IMG/VR virus record: IMGVR_UViG_3300009031_000221 | Coordinates: 96,001 to 160,000 of that record | DNA: 64,000 nt | From: a virus | Taxonomy: Duplodnaviria; Caudoviricetes | Reading direction: 5' to 3' (one strand) | Shown: piece by piece, positions 27,917 through 37,134 of the stretch | How the letters are laid out: every line of letters starts with the position of its first letter | Position numbering within the stretch: the stretch's first letter is position 1 | Notes under the pieces: model-generated | Database searches by the model: none | Told to the model about the DNA's origin: nothing | What the model saw: only the letters and a program-made list of their open reading frames with translations | Program-made: the position numbers and the translations under genes

Positions 27917-29761
27917 TCAGAACCTCCGGCCTTCAAGATACCGCGATGCCACCCGAACCGACATGCCCAACTCAGGGATTACTTCTCCCCCCGACAATAA
28001 TGTATCAGCCAGAAAATGGAGCGATGCTGTCTTGGGATTACTCCGATCAGGCGTCACAAATGTCCGTACCTTCTGCAGCACCGCAACAACATGTTTGCAT
28101 GCCCAGTGTTTCCCATTCGGATCCTTGCTATCGGGTTTTGATGCCGTGCCCGCAGGGCGCCCATACAGATAACCGTTTTTCTGTGCCCAGTGTTCCGCAC
28201 CCTGCCACTTCCAGAACGGGCATGAACATGAAACCTGCACATCCATCTTGTCTAGATTGCTTACCTTGCCTTGTGCTACTGCCTTGACCCGCACCTTGTA
28301 AGTCCCCTCGGAACCCGGCACGTCAAACATCCACATCATATTTGCGGCATCTACACGGCGCATCTTGATGGATATACTGCGAGCTTTATCGTGAATATCC
28401 TGCGATGTTTTCTCCAGGATTTCCGAAATACGGGCGGCTTCCTTGAAAGTCCTATCATTCTTGTTCTCAAAATCATGCCCTTCAGGAATGACCTTCGCGG
28501 AACCGGGGTTGTCCCATACATAACCTAGATCCTGATCAGGCCCGTGCTCATGCCGGGGAGCCGTAGGAAGCTTCATACCACGGTCATACCGTTGACTAGG
28601 TTCCATCTGTGGGGGCTGCTTGTCATAAAGCATTTCCGCCCAACGATCCGCAACCCGGACGCTGGCCTCCTTTTGTTCCTCCCGCCATTCCTTCTGCCTC
28701 TCACCGGGCTGTCGATAACCCGCAGGCTGTCGTTCAAACCGCTTTGGGCTATCATCCCGACGATCCTTATCCTTGGCATATGCAGGATTATGCTGATATT
28801 TCCTTTGCCACCGCTTGACCTTCTTAAGGATCTGTCCGTGATGCTTTCGATAATACTTCTGATAATAGCGCTTCACAACCCCCGCTTGTTCCTTCTGCTT
28901 GGGATACGGATATGTCGGGCCTTTTACAGCGCCCTTGAGACTTCGAGGCCCCTCATGGTGATATCCAGTGCTATTGTCTATCCAAGGATGTTCATCCCCG
29001 CCAGGAATCCCTAACGTTCGTTGACGATCAATGGATAGGCTTTTACCATCCAATGCGTCCTCCGATCCAGGCGGGGTATTGAATTCATTTTTCCCTGATG
29101 GTTTGCTACGTTCCCACGGAGGAGATGGGAGTACTTGTTGCTTCTCAGAATCCCCCATCTTTTCGTCGGAAGGCATGCTAGGGAATGATGAAGGTGTGGG
29201 GTCTTTGACGAATGTCTGATAACCTGCTAGGTCATCGGTTTGGTAACCCGCTACAACGCAAGTGCCGGGCTTCGCCTTTGGATCAGGCTTCCCCTTGTAA
29301 TACGTTGTGATTAATTTCACTTGCCAAGGCCCGTCACTCCTAAAGATAACCGTCAGCCCTGTCTTACGGTCAAACCATTCGATAGGTTCCCCACGGGCTA
29401 GCATGTTGGCGTGATCTTGGTATTCGAAATCCTTCTGTGACTTCCAGTCATTCAATTGCTTCAAGAAAGCTGCCATCGCCATTCGCAATTTGTCTACCGT
29501 AACAGATCGGAAATCCATTCGATAAGATGCATGCGGCCCGATGATTATTTGTTTGAATGGCCCTACACCCTGTTCTACATCAATATCGTAAACCTTGGAC
29601 GCATCTGGGTTACTCAATTCCTTATTGCGTTCTACCAAATCAACAAGCAAATCCTCTTCACGCTGATTATCAACCTCATCCCGAATACGGCGAATCACAT
29701 GACAAGGCCCGCCCGGTTGCCCAAGAGGAGGATTCAAATCCGATTTCCTTGTCGTATTCAT
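27917..29761 (-). CDS. Multidomain head-associated protein: DUF4258/BECR-like domain + basic region + SWIM zinc finger
   Basis: HASYRMDFRSVT...LTVIF...KLITTY (DUF4258-like) and VSCSCPFW...WACKHVVAVL (SWIM); KEA/KTA and RVAxR motifs. Confidence 0.6.
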   Translation of the reverse strand: MNTTRKSDLNPPLGQPGGPCHVIRRIRDEVDNQREEDLLVDLVERNKELSNPDASKVYDIDVEQGVGPFKQIIIGPHASYRMDFRSVTVDKLRMAMAAFLKQLNDWKSQKDFEYQDHANMLARGEPIEWFDRKTGLTVIFRSDGPWQVKLITTYYKGKPDPKAKPGTCVVAGYQTDDLAGYQTFVKDPTPSSFPSMPSDEKMGDSEKQQVLPSPPWERSKPSGKNEFNTPPGSEDALDGKSLSIDRQRTLGIPGGDEHPWIDNSTGYHHEGPRSLKGAVKGPTYPYPKQKEQAGVVKRYYQKYYRKHHGQILKKVKRWQRKYQHNPAYAKDKDRRDDSPKRFERQPAGYRQPGERQKEWREEQKEASVRVADRWAEMLYDKQPPQMEPSQRYDRGMKLPTAPRHEHGPDQDLGYVWDNPGSAKVIPEGHDFENKNDRTFKEAARISEILEKTSQDIHDKARSISIKMRRVDAANMMWMFDVPGSEGTYKVRVKAVAQGKVSNLDKMDVQVSCSCPFWKWQGAEHWAQKNGYLYGRPAGTASKPDSKDPNGKHWACKHVVAVLQKVRTFVTPDRSNPKTASLHFLADTLLSGGEVIPELGMSVRVASRYLEGRRF

Positions 29762-30163
29762 TCAGATCCCCTTTGGAGGGTTTTTCGCCATGTACCGAGT
29801 AGCTACTCGTTGTGTCATAGACGAATGCTTCACCTGTGAAGTGCCAAATGCAGACTCGACTGCCTCATCAACCAATGTTTTCTCGGATAGAGGAAGGCGT
29901 GCCTCCAGGAACTCGACACCCATCTTGGACAGTGCCAAACCTGTTCGATCTAATGCAATTTCTAAAGCATCCATTCGCCGTGGAAGTGCTTCTACTACAT
30001 CCCCCGCAATCTGATAGATGTGTTCCTTGTGCTCTGAAGCCTCGACCAGCTTCATAACCCGTGCAACCAAATGCTGAATACGGTGTGTTTCAAGCCGGGC
30101 TCGGGTCACCCCTTCAGTTAGGAGTGCCCAAGCCGCTTGACTACTTGCATTCTTGGATTGCAT
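29762..30163 (-). CDS. Helical hypothetical protein with a C-terminal RVATRY motif
   Basis: GAGGAG RBS; operon-packed. Confidence 0.65.
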   Translation of the reverse strand: MQSKNASSQAAWALLTEGVTRARLETHRIQHLVARVMKLVEASEHKEHIYQIAGDVVEALPRRMDALEIALDRTGLALSKMGVEFLEARLPLSEKTLVDEAVESAFGTSQVKHSSMTQRVATRYMAKNPPKGI

Positions 30164-30244
30164 CAACAACTCCTCTAGGGGAAGCCGAAATAGCGACTAT
30201 CCTATTGGAGAACCGTCAATCAAAGAACTATCGGAAAGACGGGA

Positions 30245-31291
30245 TTACTTCTTGGCGAGGGATGCCCGAATGTGACTTACGACACCAGGGTCTTCTACCT
30301 CGATGATCTGACGAAGAGCATTAGGATCATTGCCATACTCGTCCATAGCGCGCTTGGCCCGGACACGCCAATGATCAGATTTATCCCATGCGATCCGTGC
30401 TACGCCATGTGCGTCTTCCTTCACAAGACCTGCACGGGGCTTACTTGGAGATACAGCATCCGGCAGAAGGTCTGCCAAGTCATCCCCGGTGATGGTTTCA
30501 TTCACGTCCCCAGTCGCCCCAGAACGATGATTCTGGTTGATAGGCGTGCCACCCTCGGCATCCTCATTTGCACGCGACAGCGCGGCAACCTTGATGACCT
30601 TGAGCCCGCCACCCTTCTGTGAATCCAGATTCTGGATTTCACGAGCTACGCTATCGACGCTATCCTTGATAATGACCGTCTTCTTGGTCGCAGATGAAAG
30701 GCGTGCTACAGGACGCCCGCCCTGTTCATGGCTGTCATCAGCTACGATAGGCTCTTGCTTACCCTGCTTCTTAGGAGGACCAACCTGCGATCCTTCCTTG
30801 GAACCCCGGAATTCATACTCCGTTGGCATTTCATCATGCACAACTTCATACTTCCGCTTCGCAGGTTCCGCAACCTCTACTCGTGCCTGAGGACGAGGTG
30901 TGGACTGCTGAACTGCAGGGTTCTGTTCCTCGAGCGCTGCGGCACGCTTTGCATTCGATCCCGCCAACGTTCCAACCTCATGCTCATCATCCTGAGCCGC
31001 TTCAATGGTCATTGCCTGACCACGTTCCTGATGTGCAGAAGTGGAAGGTCGGACCTGAACGCCCGCAGGCTTCGGGATGTATTGACTGATATTGTCCGCA
31101 ATCGGGACAAGCCAACCTAGTTTGATGGCCCCCGCAATAGACGGAATGTTGTGCGTCTGTCCGCCTATCTTGACATTCGAACCGTCATACTCGACAACGG
31201 ATCCCTTGACAATGTCTTGATTAATGCTCCCCAAATGAACTTTGGTTGTGGCACGAAACTGCTGAAACTGTCCTGGTACAAATTCTTCCAT
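30245..31291 (-). CDS. Hypothetical protein
   Basis: GGAGGG RBS before MEEFVPG. Confidence 0.7.
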   Translation of the reverse strand: MEEFVPGQFQQFRATTKVHLGSINQDIVKGSVVEYDGSNVKIGGQTHNIPSIAGAIKLGWLVPIADNISQYIPKPAGVQVRPSTSAHQERGQAMTIEAAQDDEHEVGTLAGSNAKRAAALEEQNPAVQQSTPRPQARVEVAEPAKRKYEVVHDEMPTEYEFRGSKEGSQVGPPKKQGKQEPIVADDSHEQGGRPVARLSSATKKTVIIKDSVDSVAREIQNLDSQKGGGLKVIKVAALSRANEDAEGGTPINQNHRSGATGDVNETITGDDLADLLPDAVSPSKPRAGLVKEDAHGVARIAWDKSDHWRVRAKRAMDEYGNDPNALRQIIEVEDPGVVSHIRASLAKK

Positions 31292-31354
31292 AATCCCTCC
31301 GCGCTCAGCGCGTTCTTGTTCGCTATACGTTACCAACTAGATAACGAATTGTTG

Positions 31355-31738
31355 TCACGATGGCTTTGTGGGTTCGCCCCACAGGATTGCACCCCATTTC
31401 GGGGTGTCTCCGGGAACCTCTATGATGCATAGTTCCTTGAATATAACCCCTTCATTTGGGCCAGGATTCCAATGCAAAGTTCCTGGAGTCGCATGACTAG
31501 TCATTACCCCGGCATTCGGAGGGTCTAGCACTTCCGATGCCAAAACCTGCACGGATGGATATCCATCCCGAATTGGAACCTCTACCCGATTCCCATCAAC
31601 TCCACACTTACGGCCACTCAAATAAGTTACCCTACTACCGTGTGGAACCGTCACCCAATTATCGCTACCTGATCGGTAGGATACGGTAACACCTGAGTTA
31701 GACAGCTTTTCGCGTAATTTGTCAACAATTGTTTGCAT
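31355..31738 (-). CDS. Hypothetical protein
   Basis: GGGAGG RBS before MQTIVDK. Confidence 0.55.
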   Translation of the reverse strand: MQTIVDKLREKLSNSGVTVSYRSGSDNWVTVPHGSRVTYLSGRKCGVDGNRVEVPIRDGYPSVQVLASEVLDPPNAGVMTSHATPGTLHWNPGPNEGVIFKELCIIEVPGDTPKWGAILWGEPTKPS

Positions 31739-31772
31739 ACGGGCCTCCCATTTGGGAAATACTATACCCGTA

Positions 31773-32300
31773 TCACAATGATGTCTGAACACCCAGGTAA
31801 TAATTGTTTGATGCCTTGGGAACCTGAGCTACGAATCCTGTAAAGAAATCCGGCGCATATGGTGCAAGTGTGATGGATGCTTCATCTTCATTTGTCCACC
31901 ACCCCCGTAGAGAAAAGTACAAGATCTGATTGGGGTTATAGACGATAGGAACTAACGGTCCCATTTGCCGACTCGCATAGGTGTACCGTTCATAGGTTCG
32001 TGTGGAGAACAGACTTCCACCAAGCAACATGGTTGCATAACGTGCTAACTGTTGCCCGCCTGATAACCCCGTATGCATGTCCGCCACTTCATCGGATCCA
32101 TACATCATCACGCCGCCATAGTTCCCGTTGGAGAACGTGACAGTTCGTTCGTCATTGACACCGGGAGACCACATGACACCCTGACCACCAGGCCAACCTT
32201 GATCAATCATGTCCTGACTAGGCGTAACAGTGTAGCAATCTCCTTTGAAGAAGACGATAAGATCCCGAGTCCGTTCAATTTCTGTCATATTCATTGACAT
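31773..32300 (-). CDS. Paralog family B protein 3 (decoration-like)
   Basis: Shares FKGD.Y, GWPGGQGV.W, GSDE and PIVY..S.RGW.T.EDE with its two neighbours. Confidence 0.75.
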   Translation of the reverse strand: MSMNMTEIERTRDLIVFFKGDCYTVTPSQDMIDQGWPGGQGVMWSPGVNDERTVTFSNGNYGGVMMYGSDEVADMHTGLSGGQQLARYATMLLGGSLFSTRTYERYTYASRQMGPLVPIVYNPNQILYFSLRGWWTNEDEASITLAPYAPDFFTGFVAQVPKASNNYYLGVQTSL

Positions 32301-32301
32301 G

Positions 32302-32829
32302 TCAGATACTCGTTTGCAGGACAAGCCTGAATTCGTTCTCGGGCCTGGGGACTTGTACTACGTAGGCTACATAGAATGTGTTGTTCCCTCGAGGGTCTAG
32401 AATCTTAGGCCACTCATCCTCGTTGGTGAACCATCCGCGATTGCTGAATACCAAGCGCTCCCCTACGGTGTAGACAATAGGAACATTTGGGGGTCCAATG
32501 CCATGGCGACTATCCCATGTATAGCGTTCATAGGTGTCAAATGATGCTAGCCACCCCCCAGCACAGAATATGGCATAGCCGTAGACAAGTTGATTTGCGG
32601 ATGCCCCAATGAGTTTGTCCGATACCTCATCGGATCCCCATAGCAGGAATCCCCCGTAAATGCCGTCTGAGAACGTCACACGGAATTCATCTAGGGGTGA
32701 ATCATCCCACTTGACTCCCTGGCCTCCAGGCCACCCTGCAGCCATCATATCGGGATGAACAGCCACAGGGTACGCATCCCCTTTGAAGTGGACAGTTACA
32801 TCGCGTGTTCTGAAAATCTCAGCCATCAT
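32302..32829 (-). CDS. Paralog family B protein 2 (decoration-like)
   Basis: Same motifs as the neighbouring paralogs. Confidence 0.75.
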   Translation of the reverse strand: MMAEIFRTRDVTVHFKGDAYPVAVHPDMMAAGWPGGQGVKWDDSPLDEFRVTFSDGIYGGFLLWGSDEVSDKLIGASANQLVYGYAIFCAGGWLASFDTYERYTWDSRHGIGPPNVPIVYTVGERLVFSNRGWFTNEDEWPKILDPRGNNTFYVAYVVQVPRPENEFRLVLQTSI

Positions 32830-33350
32830 ATACTCGTTTGAATGGTCATGTAGTAATTGTTATCTACCGAAGGGACTTGAATTACAAATCCGATGAAATA
32901 GCTATTTGGTGCCCGTGGGTCTCCAGATAGGGACCATTCATCCTCAGTAGTCCATAAACCGCGATTGCTAAACACTAAACGATCACTCTCCTGATAGACG
33001 ATGGGGACGTTTGGAGGTCCAATACCGTGGCGACTATTCCAGGTATACTGCTCGAATGAGGTGGTCATGATGAGCCACCCCCCAGCGCATAAAGTCGCGA
33101 ACTTGTAATAGGGCTGATTCTCTGTTACGCCTGTGAACATGTCCCCGGATTCATTTGAACCATTCAGCAGGAAACCCGCGTAGTAACCATCGGATCGGGT
33201 GACGAAGAATCCATCCTTAGGATCATCATACCACTTGACTCCTTGACCACCGGGCCAACCTTCTTCTGCCAATGAATCGGAAATCTCGCAAAAGTATGCG
33301 TCTCCCTTGAACAGGACTACAACGTCACGAAATCGAGGGGTATCAGACAT
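32826..33350 (-). CDS. Paralog family B protein 1 (decoration-like)
   Basis: Same motifs as the neighbouring paralogs. Confidence 0.75.
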   Translation of the reverse strand: MSDTPRFRDVVVLFKGDAYFCEISDSLAEEGWPGGQGVKWYDDPKDGFFVTRSDGYYAGFLLNGSNESGDMFTGVTENQPYYKFATLCAGGWLIMTTSFEQYTWNSRHGIGPPNVPIVYQESDRLVFSNRGLWTTEDEWSLSGDPRAPNSYFIGFVIQVPSVDNNYYMTIQTSI

Positions 33351-33427
33351 GGGTGTCCCTGGATAGATACATCCTGATTAGGGTCAAGCCATAATCGGAA
33401 TACCGAAGGACACCCATGCCCTAGAAC

Positions 33428-34648
33428 CTACTTCTTCTTCCGGATGCCGCGACCGGGCTTCTTTGCCGGGGGGGACTCAAGATGATTGTCTACCGCCTTC
33501 ATATGGCGCTTCAACTTCGCGACAACGGTATCCAGGTCATCCAGGTCAGTATCGTCCGGATGACGCCATATTGCCGAAAGATCATCGTCCAGTTTCTCTC
33601 CCTTCGCATTCGCCTTTCCGAACAACTCTTCCAACAGGGCATCCCCCGTCTTCACGTTATTACCCCAACCTTCAATGGCAGGGTTGTCAACACGGCTGAC
33701 AACGGTCTCCTCCTGAAACACATTCCCTGCCTCCGGAATGACGGACATACGAGGGTATTTGCTATTAGCAGGAGTGGTATTCGGGATCAAGCACAAGCCA
33801 TGCTTGGACTTGTCCGCAATACCGGAAGCCGGGGTCACATATGCCCATACATACTTACCGGAACGAACCAATTCCTGTGCCCCCGCCTTATCCGTTGCCG
33901 GTGCGTAATTCATGGGCCAATTGAAATCCTTGCCTTGCGCCGTGGAAAACTCGGAAGGCTGAGAAAGGTATGCGTCCCCCCTTGACATTCCATTCGGCAT
34001 ACTAGAACCGCCATTGAAAATCTTGGACACATCAGGTGCCGATTCCCACATGCCCGCAAGGGTTTCGAGTTCCAACGTACGATACTTCGCGGGCATGCTA
34101 CGCCGGTCTTTTCCGTCACTGTTGAGATCCCCAAAGGATTCCCACTTATCGTGACGCAGGGATTGCATTACAGCAAAGAACATTGCCCGTTGCGAAAGAT
34201 CCCCGTAAACCAGGATATCGTATCCAGCATCCCACAAATGCAGGTTCACTACATTCCCGTCATTCAACATGTACATGGACAGAACGGATCCCAACTCCTT
34301 GGTCTGATCCGTAATCGATTTGTCCATATCCAATGCGGCACGTAACCGATTCTTAAATGCTTCGACTTCAATTTCAATTTCAATTGGGGTGCAAACCGCT
34401 ACTTCGGATTGGGGTTCATCAACCTCAGGCGGAGAATCTTCCACAACCGGTGCTTGAACCGGGACGATTGCCGCAATCGTTTGCTTGATGACTAGTGCGT
34501 CCTCATGGAACGTATCTCTTGAGAATTGTCCGTTATTCCACCAGGCTACTTCAACTTGGTGACGACTTTGAATCAGGTCTGTTACAGTCACAACAGGAAT
34601 GGGGGTACCCGCAAGGTATACCAAATCACCAATCTTGAACTTGCTCAT
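33428..34648 (-). CDS. Mosaic protein: YodC/DUF2158-like N-terminus plus an internal copy of the scaffold C-terminal motif
   Basis: FKIGDLVYL...VTV...EVAWW N-terminus; internal WESAPDVSKIFNG. Confidence 0.7.
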   Translation of the reverse strand: MSKFKIGDLVYLAGTPIPVVTVTDLIQSRHQVEVAWWNNGQFSRDTFHEDALVIKQTIAAIVPVQAPVVEDSPPEVDEPQSEVAVCTPIEIEIEVEAFKNRLRAALDMDKSITDQTKELGSVLSMYMLNDGNVVNLHLWDAGYDILVYGDLSQRAMFFAVMQSLRHDKWESFGDLNSDGKDRRSMPAKYRTLELETLAGMWESAPDVSKIFNGGSSMPNGMSRGDAYLSQPSEFSTAQGKDFNWPMNYAPATDKAGAQELVRSGKYVWAYVTPASGIADKSKHGLCLIPNTTPANSKYPRMSVIPEAGNVFQEETVVSRVDNPAIEGWGNNVKTGDALLEELFGKANAKGEKLDDDLSAIWRHPDDTDLDDLDTVVAKLKRHMKAVDNHLESPPAKKPGRGIRKKK

Positions 34649-34749
34649 ATTGCCTCGTGTGCGAAATACCCCGCACGTTAGGGCGATACTCTACCAAAGA
34701 ATCCATGTTCGGTAATCATTGAAATGCCAGATGCCTATTGGAGGCACGC

Positions 34750-34983
34750 ATGAAGCGATTTGTATTGATCCTGGTTACCCTAACTGGATGCTGCACAGCC
34801 AAGTTTTATGACCTGGATACGTGTGGGACACCAAACATCAGCCGGTGCGGTGTCACCGGGAACGTAGAACTATGTGGTCCAAACGGGCACTGGATGACCG
34901 TAATGAAATGCGCGGACCTCGGACCCGATTGGGCCTGCCGATATTCAGGAACACAACATGAATGCCATAGGAATGTACAATGA
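34750..34983 (+). CDS. Small Cys-rich lipoprotein
   Basis: MKRFVLILVTLTG-C lipobox; GGAGG RBS. Confidence 0.65.
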   Translation: MKRFVLILVTLTGCCTAKFYDLDTCGTPNISRCGVTGNVELCGPNGHWMTVMKCADLGPDWACRYSGTQHECHRNVQ

Positions 34984-35555
34984 ACATCACACCTAAACTA
35001 GTTCAAGACTTCTGGGCATTCATGCATAATAAGTACGGCACGACCGCGAAGTCCAAAGCCGATGCCGTTGAGATGAAAGTCATATCCCATATTCTAGATG
35101 TCCTCAAAGTCACGGACAAAGATGCCTTCTTGTCTCATTTCGTAACTACCATTGGCAAAACCATCTACATCCCCTTCACCGTGGGCGTGCCTAATGATAC
35201 ATGGAGCTTGGAAGGGCAAATTCATGTTTGCATGCATGAGCATCAACATGTCATCCAATCTCAAGATGTTGGGGAAACCATGTTTGCCCTCCGTTACCTG
35301 CTAGACTCAACGTGGCGAGCTACCTATGAGGGAGAAGGATACCGATGTAATATGACATTGAACTTCTGGGACACAGGGATGCCCCCGGATGTAGAACCCT
35401 ACTTGAAATCCATTACCAATTATGGGCTAGATGCAGCAAGCTTGGCCTTCTTCGAGCAATATATGAGGATGTCCGTTTCATCAATTGCCGAGGGTGCCAT
35501 CCCAGATGAAGCAACACGAGTCACGATAGCGTGGTTGAAAAGCCATCCCGCCTGA
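34980..35555 (+). CDS. Putative zincin metallopeptidase
   Basis: HEHQH (HExxH) motif followed by RATYEGEGY. Confidence 0.55.
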   Translation: MNITPKLVQDFWAFMHNKYGTTAKSKADAVEMKVISHILDVLKVTDKDAFLSHFVTTIGKTIYIPFTVGVPNDTWSLEGQIHVCMHEHQHVIQSQDVGETMFALRYLLDSTWRATYEGEGYRCNMTLNFWDTGMPPDVEPYLKSITNYGLDAASLAFFEQYMRMSVSSIAEGAIPDEATRVTIAWLKSHPA

Positions 35556-35559
35556 TAGA

Positions 35560-35585
35560 CTTACTTCCGACCCTATGAGCGTAGA
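35560..35585 (+). promoter_or_regulatory. Class-1 promoter motif CTTACTT-N12-GCGTAGA
   Basis: Upstream of the 35623 ORF and the nucleotidase gene. Confidence 0.65.
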
Positions 35586-35622
35586 TATGATGTGGGCACA
35601 AACGATGCTCTAGGGACATATC

Positions 35623-35775
35623 ATGCGTATTGGTTCAAAGGCACAAGGGCAAGATCAAGCAGCCAAAGAGGCGAGCCATACACATACCTTCTCCCGGGCT
35701 ACTGCCCGCCGGTGCGAACGGGCAATCGAATCCCGTGTTCGCCAAGCCGGTCAACGACAGTGCCGCGAGGGGTAG
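35623..35775 (+). CDS. Small basic protein (50 aa), missed by the track
   Basis: MRIGSKAQGQDQAAKEASHTHTFSRATARRCERAIESRVRQAGQRQCREG; follows the promoter and ends 11 nt before the next start. Confidence 0.55.
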   Translation: MRIGSKAQGQDQAAKEASHTHTFSRATARRCERAIESRVRQAGQRQCREG

Positions 35776-35786
35776 AAAGGAACATC

Positions 35787-36368
35787 ATGAAACCATCGGA
35801 AAGAATAGCTCTCATCGACATGGACGGCACGATTGCGGATCTCGATGGTCAGATGCAACAAGACCTGGAAAAGATGCGTTCCCCTGGGGAACCCCCTTTC
35901 GTTCCTGGCCCACAAGATGACCCGCCGCATATCGAAGCACGCAAGAATGCCATCAAACGGCAACCCGGTTGGTGGCGGCACTTGCCCACCCTCAGGGACG
36001 GATTTCGCATCGTCCATGCTCTACAGGAAGCAGGGTTCAGCCTGATGATCCTGACCAAAGGCCCTTACAAGACCACATCGGCTTGGACAGAGAAAGTGGA
36101 TTGGTGTCGAGAACACATTCCCGATGCACAAGTCACCATTGGCGAGGACAAAGGCCTTGTCTACGGGGCGGTGCTCGTCGATGATTGGCCTTTGTATATC
36201 CAAGGTTGGCTTGCACATCGTCCACGCGGGTTAGTGATCATGCCGGATCAACCGTGGAATAAAGATTTCCATCATCCTAATGTGTTTCGTTATCGAGGCC
36301 CGGAAGATGATTTGGGCATGGAACAACGAATTCAGGATCGGGTTGATTTAATGCGGATTCATTCGTAG
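35787..36368 (+). CDS. 5'(3')-deoxyribonucleotidase (NT5C-like HAD)
   Basis: IDMDGTIAD (HAD motif I), LTKGP, EKVDWC, K..VYG..LVDD; AAGGA RBS. Confidence 0.88.
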   Translation: MKPSERIALIDMDGTIADLDGQMQQDLEKMRSPGEPPFVPGPQDDPPHIEARKNAIKRQPGWWRHLPTLRDGFRIVHALQEAGFSLMILTKGPYKTTSAWTEKVDWCREHIPDAQVTIGEDKGLVYGAVLVDDWPLYIQGWLAHRPRGLVIMPDQPWNKDFHHPNVFRYRGPEDDLGMEQRIQDRVDLMRIHS

Positions 36369-37092
36369 ATTTTCGCCGTGCCCAAATGTTTTGCATAGAT
36401 ACCCTTCGTTTTTCCCGAGTTTCGGCACTGACGGGTCTACCCCGCACTGCATCCCCCATCTTAGCTCGACTTTCAGCACTGAAAACTTGATGTGATCGTG
36501 CCTCCCGAATTTTGGCACGAGTTTCTTGGGATGCATTAATCCCCAAATGGGATTTTGCTATCTTAGCCTTGGTTTCATCCGTGTGTTTCTTTTCCCGAAA
36601 CTTGGCTTTAGTTTCTTCCGTGTGTGTCCTGCCGGTTTGGCCCTTTGACATATTCACACGGGCTTCAGGGCTAGCTTTCGTCCCAAGTCGGGCTTCCCGA
36701 ATTCTTGCCCTGGTTTCAAGGGTCCGGATTTTGCCTTTGTTAGACGCACTGATTTTGGCACGGGTGGCATCAGAAACAATCCTGCAACCCGCCACAACAG
36801 GATCCAGGTTGTATCCCTTAGCACGTTCATCCGACATCATGTGTCGAATGTGGTGTTCTTCCCACATCGACAATTGTTCCACGGAACACAGTTGGAGGAC
36901 CCTAAATTCAAAAGCACCTTCACCGTATTTGTCCCATGACCGCTGTAGGTAGGAATTGTCATGCACCCCACGACGCAAATTCGATCGATGGTTGTACCAC
37001 CTGCCCCGAAATCCCTTTGTGGATCCTACATAGCACTTACCATTGATTGTGTTGAAAATGCCATAAACACCTGACGCATGTGCATATTCCAT
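36277..37092 (-). CDS. GIY-YIG homing endonuclease with NUMOD3-type repeats
   Basis: SGVYGIFNTINGKCYVGS...RW..H...HDNSYLQRSWDKYG plus repeated (H/S)xETKAKI motifs. Confidence 0.9.
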   Translation of the reverse strand: MEYAHASGVYGIFNTINGKCYVGSTKGFRGRWYNHRSNLRRGVHDNSYLQRSWDKYGEGAFEFRVLQLCSVEQLSMWEEHHIRHMMSDERAKGYNLDPVVAGCRIVSDATRAKISASNKGKIRTLETRARIREARLGTKASPEARVNMSKGQTGRTHTEETKAKFREKKHTDETKAKIAKSHLGINASQETRAKIREARSHQVFSAESRAKMGDAVRGRPVSAETREKRRVSMQNIWARRKSTNESALNQPDPEFVVPCPNHLPGLDNETH

Positions 37093-37116
37093 TGAGCACC
37101 TCCATCAGATTGCCTC

Positions 37117-37131
37117 TATAGGGAATCTATT
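37117..37131 (-). promoter_or_regulatory. Putative late promoter AATAG-attc-CCTATA at the endonuclease cassette boundary
   Basis: Recurring motif, 25 nt upstream of the GIY-YIG start. Confidence 0.5.
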
Positions 37132-37134
37132 TGG

